Assembly: GCA_005773635.1 (NCBI GenBank)
Contig: SXHN01000079.1
Span: forward strand, 5,304 to 69,303
From: Actinomycetota bacterium
Lineage (GTDB): Bacteria; Actinomycetota; Acidimicrobiia; IMCC26256; PALSA-610
DNA length: 64,000 nt
Reading direction: 5' to 3'
The translations under genes and the position numbers were made by a program. How positions within the stretch are numbered: position 1 is the stretch's first letter; every line of letters starts with the position of its first letter. The notes under the pieces are model-generated. The model saw only the letters and a program-made list of their open reading frames with translations, ran no database searches and was not told the DNA's origin. This document shows positions 40,391 through 49,670 of the stretch, piece by piece.

Positions 40391-40694
40391 GGTTGGAACC
40401 TACTTTCCGAACCTGGTGAGCGGAGGGTGGCCTGGGTGTTTTTGGATCTGCGCTCATCGACATTCCGTCTGAATGCGAGACGATGAGATGGACTGTGCGG
40501 ATATACGCGTATTGTTCGGATGTGTTGCTGCCAATATCGATGACTATCGCCTGGAATCAGCGATGCGCCGCAATGGCGTGCACGCTGAGACACAAGCCGT
40601 GAGCGTCGGTTGTCGCGCTGGAGCACAGTTGGGCGAGTTTGATATTGAGTTCGAACGGATTGCATCGGTGGTTCCATCGTGAGTTGCCTTCGTT

Positions 40695-41477
40695 ATGCCT
40701 GAGTGCTTGGAAGCCGAAGCGACGCGCGTCGTGATCTCCGAGCACGCAGTGGGTCGCACAGTCAAGAAGGTGGAAGCACCCGACGAGTGGTTCTTGAAAC
40801 GTGGTCTCACGCCCGCGCTTGTTCGTGCGGCTTTGAAGGGTGAGACATTTGTCGGGGCACGACGCGTCGGTAAACAACTCCTTGTTGATACGGAGCAACA
40901 CGTACTCGGGTTGCATCTTGGAATGAGTGGGCGCGTGATCGTCGACGACGTTGCCGCCGGCGACCCCTTGCTCTACGCCAGCAATCGCAACGCGCCCGAG
41001 TGGCGTCGTTTCGGTGTGCGCTTCGACGACGGAGGCTCGCTGTGGCTGCGCGACCCTCGCCGTCTCGGTGGAGTGGAACTCGACCCCGACGAATCGCGAT
41101 GGGGCCCGGATGTGTTCACTATTACTCATAAACAGGTGCTCGCCGCGCTCGGCCGATCAACTGCACCGCTCAAAGCCGTGTTGATGGATCAAGCGCGTAT
41201 CGCGGGGCTCGGCAATCTGCTGACTGACGAAGCCCTGTGGAGAGCGAAGCTCGACCCCGCACGCCGCACGAACTCCTTGACCGCAGACGACACAGTCGTG
41301 TTGCACAAAGCGATTCGCTCGACGATTCGGATCTGCCTTAAACGCGGTGGCTCACACACCGGCGATCTGCACGCACATCGCGAACGGGGTGGTCGATGTC
41401 CGCTTGACGGTGTTGAACTAGAACGCCGCACCGTTGGGGGACGCACCACCTATTCGTGCCCGCTACACCAGAGGTAG
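40695..41477 (+). CDS. Fpg/Nei family DNA glycosylase / AP lyase with non-canonical finger residues
   Basis: N-terminal MPE…, H2TH motif LMDQARIAGLGNLLTDEALWRAKL, and a C-terminal R…CPLDG…GGRTTYSCPLHQ in place of CxxC…CxxC. Confidence 0.8.
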   Translation: MPECLEAEATRVVISEHAVGRTVKKVEAPDEWFLKRGLTPALVRAALKGETFVGARRVGKQLLVDTEQHVLGLHLGMSGRVIVDDVAAGDPLLYASNRNAPEWRRFGVRFDDGGSLWLRDPRRLGGVELDPDESRWGPDVFTITHKQVLAALGRSTAPLKAVLMDQARIAGLGNLLTDEALWRAKLDPARRTNSLTADDTVVLHKAIRSTIRICLKRGGSHTGDLHAHRERGGRCPLDGVELERRTVGGRTTYSCPLHQR

Positions 41478-41489
41478 TCGGATCGATCG

Positions 41490-42794
41490 CTAGTGCTCGG
41501 TTGCGTCGATTGCTGCTAGCTCGCCGGTGACGAGATCGATGACTGAGGTTGCAATGTGCACTCGGTTGCGTCCTTGACGTTTTGCTGTGAGTAACGCCGA
41601 GTCGGCTGCGGCTAGCACAGTTGCAAGGGAACACCCACTAGCGCAGTCAGCGATGCCGAATGACGCTCCGATTTCCGGTAGCCGCGCAGCAGCCAATGTG
41701 CGGGTGAAATGTTTGCGGACGCGCTCAACTGCTCGCTCGGCTTGTGCAGCGGTGCAATCGCTGATCACCATCACGAATTCATCACCGCCGAAACGAGCGA
41801 CGAGATCTTCGGGATGCAACGCGCTGCGCATGGCCTCTGCGAACGCGCGCAACGTTTGATCGCCTACCTCATGCCCGTGGGTGTCGTTGATGGCTTTGAA
41901 GTCGTCGAGATCGGTGATCGCTACCGCAAATGGAGTGTTGGCATCGACAAGGTCGCGAACATGGGTATCGAGGCTGCGGCGGTTGTAGGCGCCGGTGAGT
42001 GGGTCGGTTGCGGCACGTTCGTTGGCGTGTTCGACGGCGCGTAGCAGCGATATCCGGCCCGCGGCTTGTGACGCGAGTTCCTCGAATCGAACAATGTCTT
42101 CGGACGTTGCGGCATCGTCGGGAGTCGACGTGATGTGCAGCACTCCGACGTTGCGGCCCGCGACAGTGAGCGGAACGCAGACCGATGAAATTTCTCCGCA
42201 GCTTCGCCCGCGAAGATACGCGCAGGCGTCGATGGCCTCGCTGGAGTCGAACGTCTCGGTGTGCCCATGCTGTACGGCTCGACAGCCGCGAAGTGTCGTG
42301 ACGTTGCATCCTGCGCCGTCTGCAACAGTGGGTGTGCTCGCAGCACACGCGAGCTGATCGGTTCCCGTTTCGTCGACGAGTAGCAACTGGCCAGGTTTTG
42401 TCGGAACGATTTCCTGTATTGCTCTGGCGACGACATCTACAACTCCAGACTCTGACGTCGTTGCTTCGATTGCCCGCCAAAGCCGAGCATCGAACGTACG
42501 CCGCGCGAGGCTGTGTTCGAGGCGGGCGATCCGAGCGTCGCGTTGGGCGACCTTGCTGGTGTATTGCGCGTGGACCGGCCGTTGAATCAGCCAGGTGTTG
42601 AGCGCGATGATGGTCGCGATTCCAGCCACAATCGTGAGCGCCAGGGGAATGGCTCCACTCGATGGTGCCACGCCACCGATGAGCATGCCGACGGCGAACG
42701 ACGCGATGGAACCCGTCGTGATGCCGAGGAACAAGTTGGTGTTGGTGTTGGTGCTCTGAGGTTGCATCGTGAGCGATCCTGATGAAGCGTCCAA
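41490..42794 (-). CDS. membrane-anchored sensor diguanylate cyclase (2 TM + Cys-rich GAF-like domain + GGDEF)
   Basis: Two N-terminal hydrophobic segments and a ~150 aa sensor region. GGDEF domain motifs: DPLTGAYNRR, DLDDFKAINDTHGH, RFGGDEFVMV. HPED occupies the I-site position, so there is no RxxD. Confidence 0.8.
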   Translation of the reverse strand: MDASSGSLTMQPQSTNTNTNLFLGITTGSIASFAVGMLIGGVAPSSGAIPLALTIVAGIATIIALNTWLIQRPVHAQYTSKVAQRDARIARLEHSLARRTFDARLWRAIEATTSESGVVDVVARAIQEIVPTKPGQLLLVDETGTDQLACAASTPTVADGAGCNVTTLRGCRAVQHGHTETFDSSEAIDACAYLRGRSCGEISSVCVPLTVAGRNVGVLHITSTPDDAATSEDIVRFEELASQAAGRISLLRAVEHANERAATDPLTGAYNRRSLDTHVRDLVDANTPFAVAITDLDDFKAINDTHGHEVGDQTLRAFAEAMRSALHPEDLVARFGGDEFVMVISDCTAAQAERAVERVRKHFTRTLAAARLPEIGASFGIADCASGCSLATVLAAADSALLTAKRQGRNRVHIATSVIDLVTGELAAIDATEH

Positions 42795-42942
42795 AGTGGG
42801 CGGCGGATGAAATTGCGCTTCTACTGATCGGTCACGTGACCGTGGTTCTGACCTATGGTGTCACGTAGTGCACTATTCGAGGTATTTGTGCCATTGCGTA
42901 TTGGAGTAGACGAATCTCGAGCTGTGGTCTATACTCCGGCCG

Positions 42943-42981
42943 ATGTTGTTTTCCACGACCCTCGTAGTAGTAGTTACTTAG
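42943..42981 (+). CDS. ilvB leader peptide MLFSTTLVVVVT
   Basis: Reads ATG TTG TTT TCC ACG ACC CTC GTA GTA GTA GTT ACT TAG: four consecutive Val codons plus two Leu codons, immediately upstream of a terminator and ilvB. Confidence 0.6.
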   Translation: MLFSTTLVVVVT

Positions 42982-43014
42982 CGCACGGGCCGTCTCGCGT
43001 CCGTGCGCTGCCAA

Positions 43015-43041
43015 CCCCTCCAGTCGGAGGGGTTTTTGTTT
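43015..43041 (+). terminator. rho-independent terminator of the ilv attenuator
   Basis: CCCCTCC (43015-21), loop AGTC, GGAGGGG (43026-32), followed by TTTTTGTTT. Confidence 0.75.
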
Positions 43042-43074
43042 GCCAAAAATGTTCACCCCAACCGGGAGCATCAC

Positions 43075-44808
43075 ATGAAACCAACTGGAAAAATCACAGG
43101 CGCCCAAGCCCTCATCCGGAGCTTGGAAATGGAAGGCGTCGAAGTCATGTTCGGCCTTCCGGGCGGGGCGATTCTCCCTGTATACGACCCGCTGATCGAC
43201 TCATCGATTCGCCACATTCTCGTGCGTCATGAACAAGGCGCGGGGCACATGGCAAGCGGATACGCGCATGCGACCGGCCGCCCAGGCGTGGCGATGGTCA
43301 CGAGTGGCCCGGCGGCGACCAACATTGTGACGCCGTTGGCGGATGCCTACCTCGACTCAGTGCCGATGGTGGTTATTACGGGACAGGTGCCATACGCCGC
43401 GATCGGGACCGACGCGTTTCAAGAGTGCGACACGGTCGGCATCACGATGCCCGTCACGAAGCACAACTGGTTGGTCACCGATGCCCGCGACATTCCCACC
43501 ATCATCCGCGAAGCCTTTCACGTCGCTACGACGGGTCGCCCGGGCCCTGTGTTGGTCGACTTCCCGAAGGATGTCGCGACGCAAATGATGGATTGGTATT
43601 GGCCAGATGGCGTGGATATGCCTGGTTACAAGCCAACTACCAAGGGACATCCGAAGCAGGTGAAAGATGCGGCGCGACTGATTGTTGCCGCGCAACGTCC
43701 TGTTATCTACGCCGGTGGCGGAATCTTGAAGGCGCGCGCTGCCGATGCGTTGAAGACATTTGCTGAGCTCACCGGGATTCCGGTCGTGACCACGCTGATG
43801 GCGCGCGGCGCGTTCCCAGACAAGCATGAACTGTGTCTCGGTATGCCCGGGATGCACGGCAATTACACGGCGATCACTGCGCTGCAGCAAAGCGATTTGC
43901 TCATCACCTTGGGCGCTCGCTTTGACGACCGGGTTACCGGCAAGGTTGGCGCGTTTGCGCCCGACGCGAAAATCATTCACGTCGATATTGATCCTGCGGA
44001 GCAAGGCAAGGTGCGTCGCCCTGATGTGCCGATCGTCGGAGACTGTAAGCAGGTCATCGAAGAACTCATCAAAGCGACGAAGGCCGAGATCAGCAAACAC
44101 GCCGCAGCCAATATCAGTGAGTGGAAAGCGACGATTCAGCAATGGCAGCTGGACTTTCCGCTGTATTACGAACAAGAAGAAGGTGGCACGCTGAAGCCGC
44201 AGTTTGTGATCGAAAAACTCCGTGAAAACACGCCTGATGATTGCATCCTCGCCTCTGGCGTGGGGCAGCATCAGATGTGGGCGAGCCAGCACTGGCAGTT
44301 CAATTACCCCTACACCTGGATCAACTCGGGTGGCCTCGGCACGATGGGATACTCAGTGCCAGCAGCGATTGGTGCGAAGGTTGGTCGTCCCGACCGCATG
44401 GTGTGGGCCGTCGATGGTGATGGTTGCTTCCAGATGACCGCGCAGGAACTGGTCACCGCGGCTGCGGAACGCATTCCGGTGAAGATCGCGATTCTCAACA
44501 ACGCGTATCTCGGCATGGTGCGCCAATGGCAGGAACTCTTCTACGAGGAGCGATACAGCGAGGTGTACCTGTCGCCTGACCTCCCCGACTACGTGAAATG
44601 GGCTGAGGCCATGGGCTGCGTCGGTATGCGCTGTGACAACGCCGACGACGTGGTTGCCACTATTGAAAAGGCCAACGCCATCAACGATCGTCCAGTCGTG
44701 ATCGACTTCCGCACGGACTATCGCGAAAAGGTCTACCCGATGGTCGCCGCGGGGACATCTAACGACGACGTCATCCTCCATCCTGCCCTCAACGAGAAAT
44801 CTCGATAG
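43075..44808 (+). CDS. ilvB: acetolactate synthase (AHAS) large subunit
   Basis: [38 protein letters not shown]…[12 protein letters not shown] and ThDP motif GDGCFQM…NN. RBS GGGAG upstream of the ATG at 43075. Followed by ilvN and ilvC. Confidence 0.95.
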   Translation: MKPTGKITGAQALIRSLEMEGVEVMFGLPGGAILPVYDPLIDSSIRHILVRHEQGAGHMASGYAHATGRPGVAMVTSGPAATNIVTPLADAYLDSVPMVVITGQVPYAAIGTDAFQECDTVGITMPVTKHNWLVTDARDIPTIIREAFHVATTGRPGPVLVDFPKDVATQMMDWYWPDGVDMPGYKPTTKGHPKQVKDAARLIVAAQRPVIYAGGGILKARAADALKTFAELTGIPVVTTLMARGAFPDKHELCLGMPGMHGNYTAITALQQSDLLITLGARFDDRVTGKVGAFAPDAKIIHVDIDPAEQGKVRRPDVPIVGDCKQVIEELIKATKAEISKHAAANISEWKATIQQWQLDFPLYYEQEEGGTLKPQFVIEKLRENTPDDCILASGVGQHQMWASQHWQFNYPYTWINSGGLGTMGYSVPAAIGAKVGRPDRMVWAVDGDGCFQMTAQELVTAAAERIPVKIAILNNAYLGMVRQWQELFYEERYSEVYLSPDLPDYVKWAEAMGCVGMRCDNADDVVATIEKANAINDRPVVIDFRTDYREKVYPMVAAGTSNDDVILHPALNEKSR

Positions 44809-44810
44809 CC

Positions 44811-45344
44811 ATGGCCTATAACGCTCGTCATCACATTTTGTCAGTCCTCGTCGAGAATAAAGCAGGCGTACTCACTCGCGTCGCGGCGTTGTTTTCTCGA
44901 CGAGCGTTCAACATTGTGTCGCTCGCAGTCAGTCCAACTGAAGACGAACGGTTTTCGCGCATGACCATCGTGGTCGACGCAGATGCATCGCCGTTGGAAC
45001 AAATCGTGAAACAACTCAACAAACTGATCCCCGTGATCAAGATCAGTGAGATCGCGCACAGTGAGGGGGTCGAGCGTGAGATGATGTTGCTTACGTTGAA
45101 AGCCGGTTCGGAAACTCGTTCGCAGGTGACGGAGCTTTCATCAATCTTTGATGCCAAGATCATCGACGTTGGCTACGAAGCGATGACGATGATGGTGGTT
45201 GGAGAGCCTGACAAACTCGACGCGTTTAGTGACTTGGTGCGGCCGTTTGGCATTCTCGAAATGCAACGAACTGGCCGCATCGCGATGCCAAAACTGGCCC
45301 GTCAACCGGTGAAACTTCGCGCCGTCAGGGCGGCCCGAGGCTGA
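44811..45344 (+). CDS. ilvN: acetolactate synthase small (regulatory) subunit
   Basis: ACT domain start [37 protein letters not shown]; 177 aa. Confidence 0.9.
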   Translation: MAYNARHHILSVLVENKAGVLTRVAALFSRRAFNIVSLAVSPTEDERFSRMTIVVDADASPLEQIVKQLNKLIPVIKISEIAHSEGVEREMMLLTLKAGSETRSQVTELSSIFDAKIIDVGYEAMTMMVVGEPDKLDAFSDLVRPFGILEMQRTGRIAMPKLARQPVKLRAVRAARG

Positions 45345-45403
45345 CATCGTGGGCTGGCGCCCGTAGCCTTGCATCTGTTCATTTTCCTCAAGGAGACCAT
45401 TCA

Positions 45404-46432
45404 ATGGCCGCAACTGTGTACTACGACAAAGACGCCGATTCGGCGCTGCTCGCCACCAAGAAGGTAGCGATTCTGGGATACGGCTCTCAAGGCCACGCCC
45501 ACGCGTTGAATTTGAAAGAATCTGGTGTCGACGTCATCGTCGGGTTGCGGGAAGGGTCGCCTTCCAAGGCCAAGGCCGAAGCTGCAGGGCTCAAGGTGCT
45601 ACCAACCGGCGAAGCGGTGGCGGCCTCGGACATTGTGATGGTGTTGCTCCCCGACACTGAGCAGCGCCATGTGTTCACCTCCGACATTGCTCCCAACTTG
45701 AAGTCGGGCGCATCATTGGCGTTCGCTCACGGTCTCAACATCCACTTCGACCTCATCAAGCCTGCCGCCGACGTCGACGTTTGGATGATCGCGCCGAAAG
45801 GGCCTGGCCATCTCGTACGCCGCACCTATGAAGAAGGCGGCGGCGTGCCGTGTTTGGTTGCGGTCGCCCAAGACTCAACGGGCAAAGCCAAAGAAATTGC
45901 GTTGGCCTACGCGCAAGCGATCGGTGGCGGTCGCGCTGGAATTCTGAACACCACGTTCCAAGAAGAAACCGAAACCGATCTTTTCGGTGAACAGGTCGTG
46001 TTGTGTGGCGGTTTGGTCGAACTCATCAAGAATGGTTTTGAGACTTTGGTGGAAGCGGGCTATCAGCCAGAGTCGGCCTACTTCGAAACGTTGCACGAAG
46101 TGAAGCTCATCGTTGATCTCATCTATGAAGGTGGTATTGGTGCGATGCATTACAGCATCAGTGACACCGCGGAGTACGGCGACTCCACCCGCGGTCCGCG
46201 TATCGTCACCAAAGCCACCAAAGCGGAGATGAAGAAGATCCTGAGCGAGATCCAAACTGGCGAGTTCGCTCGTGAGTGGATTAGCGAAAACGACAACGGT
46301 CGCCCAAATTTCAATCGGTATCGCACCGAGACCGACGCGCACCCGATCGAGAAGGTCGGTGCGGAACTTCGTGCAATGATGCCGTGGATTTCTGCGGGTA
46401 AGACCCGTCCTCAGGACGCGTCTGGCGGTTGA
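45404..46432 (+). CDS. ilvC: ketol-acid reductoisomerase (class I)
   Basis: Motifs [21 protein letters not shown] and …LFGEQ.VLCGG…; RBS GGAG upstream; 342 aa. Confidence 0.95.
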   Translation: MAATVYYDKDADSALLATKKVAILGYGSQGHAHALNLKESGVDVIVGLREGSPSKAKAEAAGLKVLPTGEAVAASDIVMVLLPDTEQRHVFTSDIAPNLKSGASLAFAHGLNIHFDLIKPAADVDVWMIAPKGPGHLVRRTYEEGGGVPCLVAVAQDSTGKAKEIALAYAQAIGGGRAGILNTTFQEETETDLFGEQVVLCGGLVELIKNGFETLVEAGYQPESAYFETLHEVKLIVDLIYEGGIGAMHYSISDTAEYGDSTRGPRIVTKATKAEMKKILSEIQTGEFAREWISENDNGRPNFNRYRTETDAHPIEKVGAELRAMMPWISAGKTRPQDASGG

Positions 46433-46459
46433 TTCGCCGGGCAGCCGCCATGTAGTTTC

Positions 46460-46497
46460 TGTGCATCGCCCGGCGCCTGTTGGTTCCGGGCGATGCA
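46460..46497 (+). terminator. stem-loop downstream of ilvC (putative terminator)
   Basis: A 13-bp perfect stem pairs GTGCATCGCCCGG (46460-72) with CCGGGCGATGCAC (46485-97) around a 12-nt loop, 28 nt after the ilvC stop. There is no strong U-tract. Confidence 0.5.
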
Positions 46498-46528
46498 CGT
46501 AATAGCCCTGCAGCAATAGGAGACGCGT

Positions 46529-47266
46529 ATGCAACTCGGGACCGTGACTGAGCTTTGGCAGTATCCGATGAAGTCGTTGCAAGGTATTGTGCGCGATTCA
46601 GTCGAAGTTGTGGCGTCGGGGATTGTCGACGACCGTCGGTGGGCGTTGATCGACGGAAAAGGTCGGCTCTGCTCGGCGAAACGTCATTCAAAGTTGTTTG
46701 AAGCGACCGGCCGTCCAGATGGCGCGGTGCAACTTCCGGACGGCTCGATCACTCGCGACGACAATGTCATCAGCGCGTGGCTAGGCAGCGATGTTCGGTT
46801 GATGGAACGCAATGACGATACGCAAGTCGAATTCGAAATGACGTTCGAACCGCCCAACGATGACGCCGAATTCATTCAGTGGCCTGCGCCAGCTGGGACG
46901 TTCTTTGACCTCGCGGCCTTGCACATCATTACGACGGCCACGTTGGAACACTGCCGGTCGCTTCGGCCCGAACTCGACTGGAACATTCGTCGGTATCGGC
47001 CCAACATTGTCATTGACGTCGACGTGGAACCGTTTGGCGAAGATGCGTGGGCTGGCACCGATATCCAGATCGGCAATGCGGTGATTCGTGTGGATTCGCC
47101 AACGATCCGTTGTGCAATGCCACTGCGCGCGCAACCCGGAGGCATCGAACGCCAACCCGAGCTGTTTCACGCCCTCGATGCAATCCACAGCAATTTTCTA
47201 GGCGTGTACTGCAGCGTAACCACACCGGGCTCCATCACCCTCGGCGACGCAATCACCCGCAGCTGA
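46529..47266 (+). CDS. MOSC domain-containing protein
   Basis: N-terminal beta-barrel pattern (L..YP.KS..G) and a C-terminal MOSC region with conserved Cys (…PTIRCAMP…); RBS AGGAG. Confidence 0.8.
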   Translation: MQLGTVTELWQYPMKSLQGIVRDSVEVVASGIVDDRRWALIDGKGRLCSAKRHSKLFEATGRPDGAVQLPDGSITRDDNVISAWLGSDVRLMERNDDTQVEFEMTFEPPNDDAEFIQWPAPAGTFFDLAALHIITTATLEHCRSLRPELDWNIRRYRPNIVIDVDVEPFGEDAWAGTDIQIGNAVIRVDSPTIRCAMPLRAQPGGIERQPELFHALDAIHSNFLGVYCSVTTPGSITLGDAITRS

Positions 47267-47316
47267 CTTCGCGACGTGCGGTTGGCGCGTTTGTATACCG
47301 CGGGCGGTGCACTTTC

Positions 47317-47372
47317 GCGCCGTCGCGCCGTCGCGCCGTCGCTCCGTCGCGGCGTCGCTCCGTCGCGGCATG
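47317..47372. repeat. octanucleotide tandem repeat (GCNCCGTC)x7 in a convergent intergenic spacer
   Basis: Units read GCGCCGTC x3, GCTCCGTC, GCGGCGTC, GCTCCGTC and a degenerate GCGGCATG. The array sits between the MOSC stop (47266) and the flavoprotein stop (47402). Confidence 0.85.
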
Positions 47373-47401
47373 GGGCCGGGCGAGTTGGCGTGTTTGAAGC
47401 G

Positions 47402-48634
47402 TTATGCCTCGCTTGCTGCGGTCTTTGCGACGATGCTGCGCGCCGCCATGACCGCGGTGCTGAGGGTTGCCTGCAGGAGATATCCGCCAGTCGGTGCTTC
47501 CCAGTCGAGCATCTCACCGACGGCATAGACGCTTGGCCGTTTGCTCAGCATGAAGTCGGCATCTACTTCCTGTTGGGCGATGCCGCCGGCGGTCGATATG
47601 GCGCGGTCGATCGGCTGAACACCATCGACTTCGATGGAGAGGTTCTTGATGAGATGCGTGAGCTGTGCAACGTCATGAGGTACGGAATTCCCCGTCTGTT
47701 CTCGCAGGAGTGCCACTGCGGCTCGCGACAACCTCAACGTTCGCCGAAGCCAGTTGGATGTTGATTCCTTCGGGCGTCGAGATGAGAGTTTTTGGCTCAC
47801 TGCCTCGGCGGTGCGATCGGGTTGGAGGTCTAACAGGATTGTGGACTCGTGACCGCCTTCGATTCCGGTGCGTAACGGACGGGCCAAGGCGTAGATCGCG
47901 CCGCCCTCGATTCCATTGGCGGTGATCATTGCCTCCCCGCGAACGGTTGCGTTTTGGTATCGCAATGCGATGTTCTTGAGAGGTATACCCGCGAAACGCG
48001 ACGCGAAGTGGTCTGACCACGTAGTCAAAAAGCCACAGTTAGCAGGGCGTAACGGCACAATCTCGATCCCCGCTGTATTCAGCACCTCGGTCCACGCACC
48101 CGTTGCGCCCGTGCCTGGCCATGATGCACCCCCTAGAGAAAGAAGTGTCGCGTGCGGCGAGAATTCGGTTTCTCCGAGTGATGGGTGCACGAAGCGCAAC
48201 GCGTGGTTGTGATTCCAGCCCGTCCATCGGTGTTGGGTGCGGAATTCCACCCCTTGAGTCCGCAACCTTTGCAGCAGTTTTCTGAGCAATGGGGTAGCGC
48301 GAAACGATGCAGGGAACACCCGGCCGCTCGTGCCTATGAATGTCGTTTCGCCGAGTTCGTTGCACCAATTGCGCAGAGCTTCGGGGTCGAATGCCCGAAT
48401 CGCTGGTTCCAGAAATGACCGATCCGGACCGTATCTATTGAGGAATTCTTCGATTGGCTCACTGTGGGTGATGTTGAGACCGCCGCGACCGGCGAGGAGA
48501 AACTTTCGGCCGGGAGATCGCATCTGATCGAACACCGTGACCGCTAGGCCTGCGCCAGAGAGCAAGTCTGCAGCAATAAGTCCGGCCGGGCCCCCACCGA
48601 TGATGGCGACGTGTTGGGTGGGAATTGAGGTCAA
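47402..48634 (-). CDS. NAD(P)/FAD-dependent oxidoreductase, HI0933/BaiN-like flavoprotein
   Basis: N-terminal dinucleotide fold VAIIGGGPAGLIAA, then …GRKFLLAGRGGLNITH…. TTG start overlaps the upstream stop (TTGA). Confidence 0.75.
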   Translation of the reverse strand: MTSIPTQHVAIIGGGPAGLIAADLLSGAGLAVTVFDQMRSPGRKFLLAGRGGLNITHSEPIEEFLNRYGPDRSFLEPAIRAFDPEALRNWCNELGETTFIGTSGRVFPASFRATPLLRKLLQRLRTQGVEFRTQHRWTGWNHNHALRFVHPSLGETEFSPHATLLSLGGASWPGTGATGAWTEVLNTAGIEIVPLRPANCGFLTTWSDHFASRFAGIPLKNIALRYQNATVRGEAMITANGIEGGAIYALARPLRTGIEGGHESTILLDLQPDRTAEAVSQKLSSRRPKESTSNWLRRTLRLSRAAVALLREQTGNSVPHDVAQLTHLIKNLSIEVDGVQPIDRAISTAGGIAQQEVDADFMLSKRPSVYAVGEMLDWEAPTGGYLLQATLSTAVMAARSIVAKTAASEA

Positions 48635-49182
48635 TCGATCAGCCCGAGGTAAGCACGTACGGCTTCGAGATTCTCTGCGATTGGCTTGGCCGCGTCGATG
48701 AGGAGCTTCGGCTCTGGAAGTGGTTCATACGCACTTCGCGACGCCGCGACGAAGCGCCAGTCGAGCTCGTCCCATCCGGGGATATTGCGCTGTCTACCGG
48801 TGATGCGGGTTTTGTGCACCGCTGCGTCTTCGAGGAAACATTCAATGACAAAGACGGGCGCCGCGTGTGCAGCGGCCAGATCTGACCACTGCGCGAGTGC
48901 TCGTGTTCGAGCGACACAGTCGGTGACTGACGACTGGCCTAGTCGCAGGCGAGACTCAATCATCCGTGACATCAACTCGTATCCGATGTCGCGTCTCGTG
49001 TCGACGTCGGGCGCGGCCGCCCAAACCTCTGGGAACACTCGCAACGCTGACATGATCCAGTCCCAGTTCAGTAGTGCGGCGTTGGTTTCTTTGGTGATTG
49101 CTTCGGCGAGCGTGGACTTGCCGGTGCCAGGTACTCCCGAAAAGACACAGACGAATGGGTTGTTCACGCCGTGAAGAGCCAT
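48631..49182 (-). CDS. P-loop NTPase / AAA_33-like kinase-fold protein
   Basis: Walker A GVPGTGKSTLAE near the N-terminus; 183 aa. Overlaps the upstream gene by 19 nt. Confidence 0.6.
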   Translation of the reverse strand: MALHGVNNPFVCVFSGVPGTGKSTLAEAITKETNAALLNWDWIMSALRVFPEVWAAAPDVDTRRDIGYELMSRMIESRLRLGQSSVTDCVARTRALAQWSDLAAAHAAPVFVIECFLEDAAVHKTRITGRQRNIPGWDELDWRFVAASRSAYEPLPEPKLLIDAAKPIAENLEAVRAYLGLID

Positions 49183-49670
49183 CGAGTGGCAGTGAGAGGG
49201 AAATCTGGGTCTCGATCAATGAAGCCAAACGCTTTGTTCGGTACGACGCGAAAGTGCGGTCCGGGGTGCATTTCGGCAGCGTCCATGTCGTACTTTGCCG
49301 CGTACTGCTCCCAGTACGGCACAATGAGATCGGTGGGAATTGCTTCGATGACACCTTCGAGGATGACAGGTTCCACCGTGTCGTCAACCGCGATTGAAAC
49401 GTGACGATTCGTCTCGAAATTTCGGGCCTTTTTCGATAGAACGTCGGTTCCGAAGCAGAACCAACGCTCGTCGACAAGGACGCCCCAAATTGGCATCAAC
49501 TGCGGTCGTTGGTCGGTAGCGACCGAACAGATCCAATATCCACGGGATGCATTGATGCGGTCGACGGCCCACGACCACGGCAAGAGTTCGCCTTCAGTTT
49601 CGGGTTTGATGCCATATGTAGATGCGGTCACTGGACGAGACGCGGCTACGAAATCGTGTTGCCGATTCAT
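49164..49670 (-). CDS. pyridoxamine 5'-phosphate oxidase (PPOX) fold family protein
   Basis: 168 aa from the ATG at 49670 with a split-barrel pattern (…YWICSVATDQRPQLMPIWGVLVDERWFCFGTD..SKKARN...N..VSIAVDD…). Its ATG overlaps the upstream TGA (ATGA). Confidence 0.6.
   Translation of the reverse strand: MNRQHDFVAASRPVTASTYGIKPETEGELLPWSWAVDRINASRGYWICSVATDQRPQLMPIWGVLVDERWFCFGTDVLSKKARNFETNRHVSIAVDDTVEPVILEGVIEAIPTDLIVPYWEQYAAKYDMDAAEMHPGPHFRVVPNKAFGFIDRDPDFPLTATRWLFTA

Larger units (their letters stand above)
42930..43041 (+). promoter_or_regulatory. ilvBNC leader/attenuator: -10-like TATACT, 12-codon Val/Leu-rich leader peptide, stem-loop and intrinsic terminator
   Basis: TATACT lies at 42930-42935 and the leader ORF at 42943-42981. 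Hairpin GCGCACGG (42981-42988) pairs with CCGTGCGC (43001-43008). Terminator stem CCCCTCC/GGAGGGG plus a T-run ends at 43041, 34 nt before the ilvB ATG. Confidence 0.7.
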
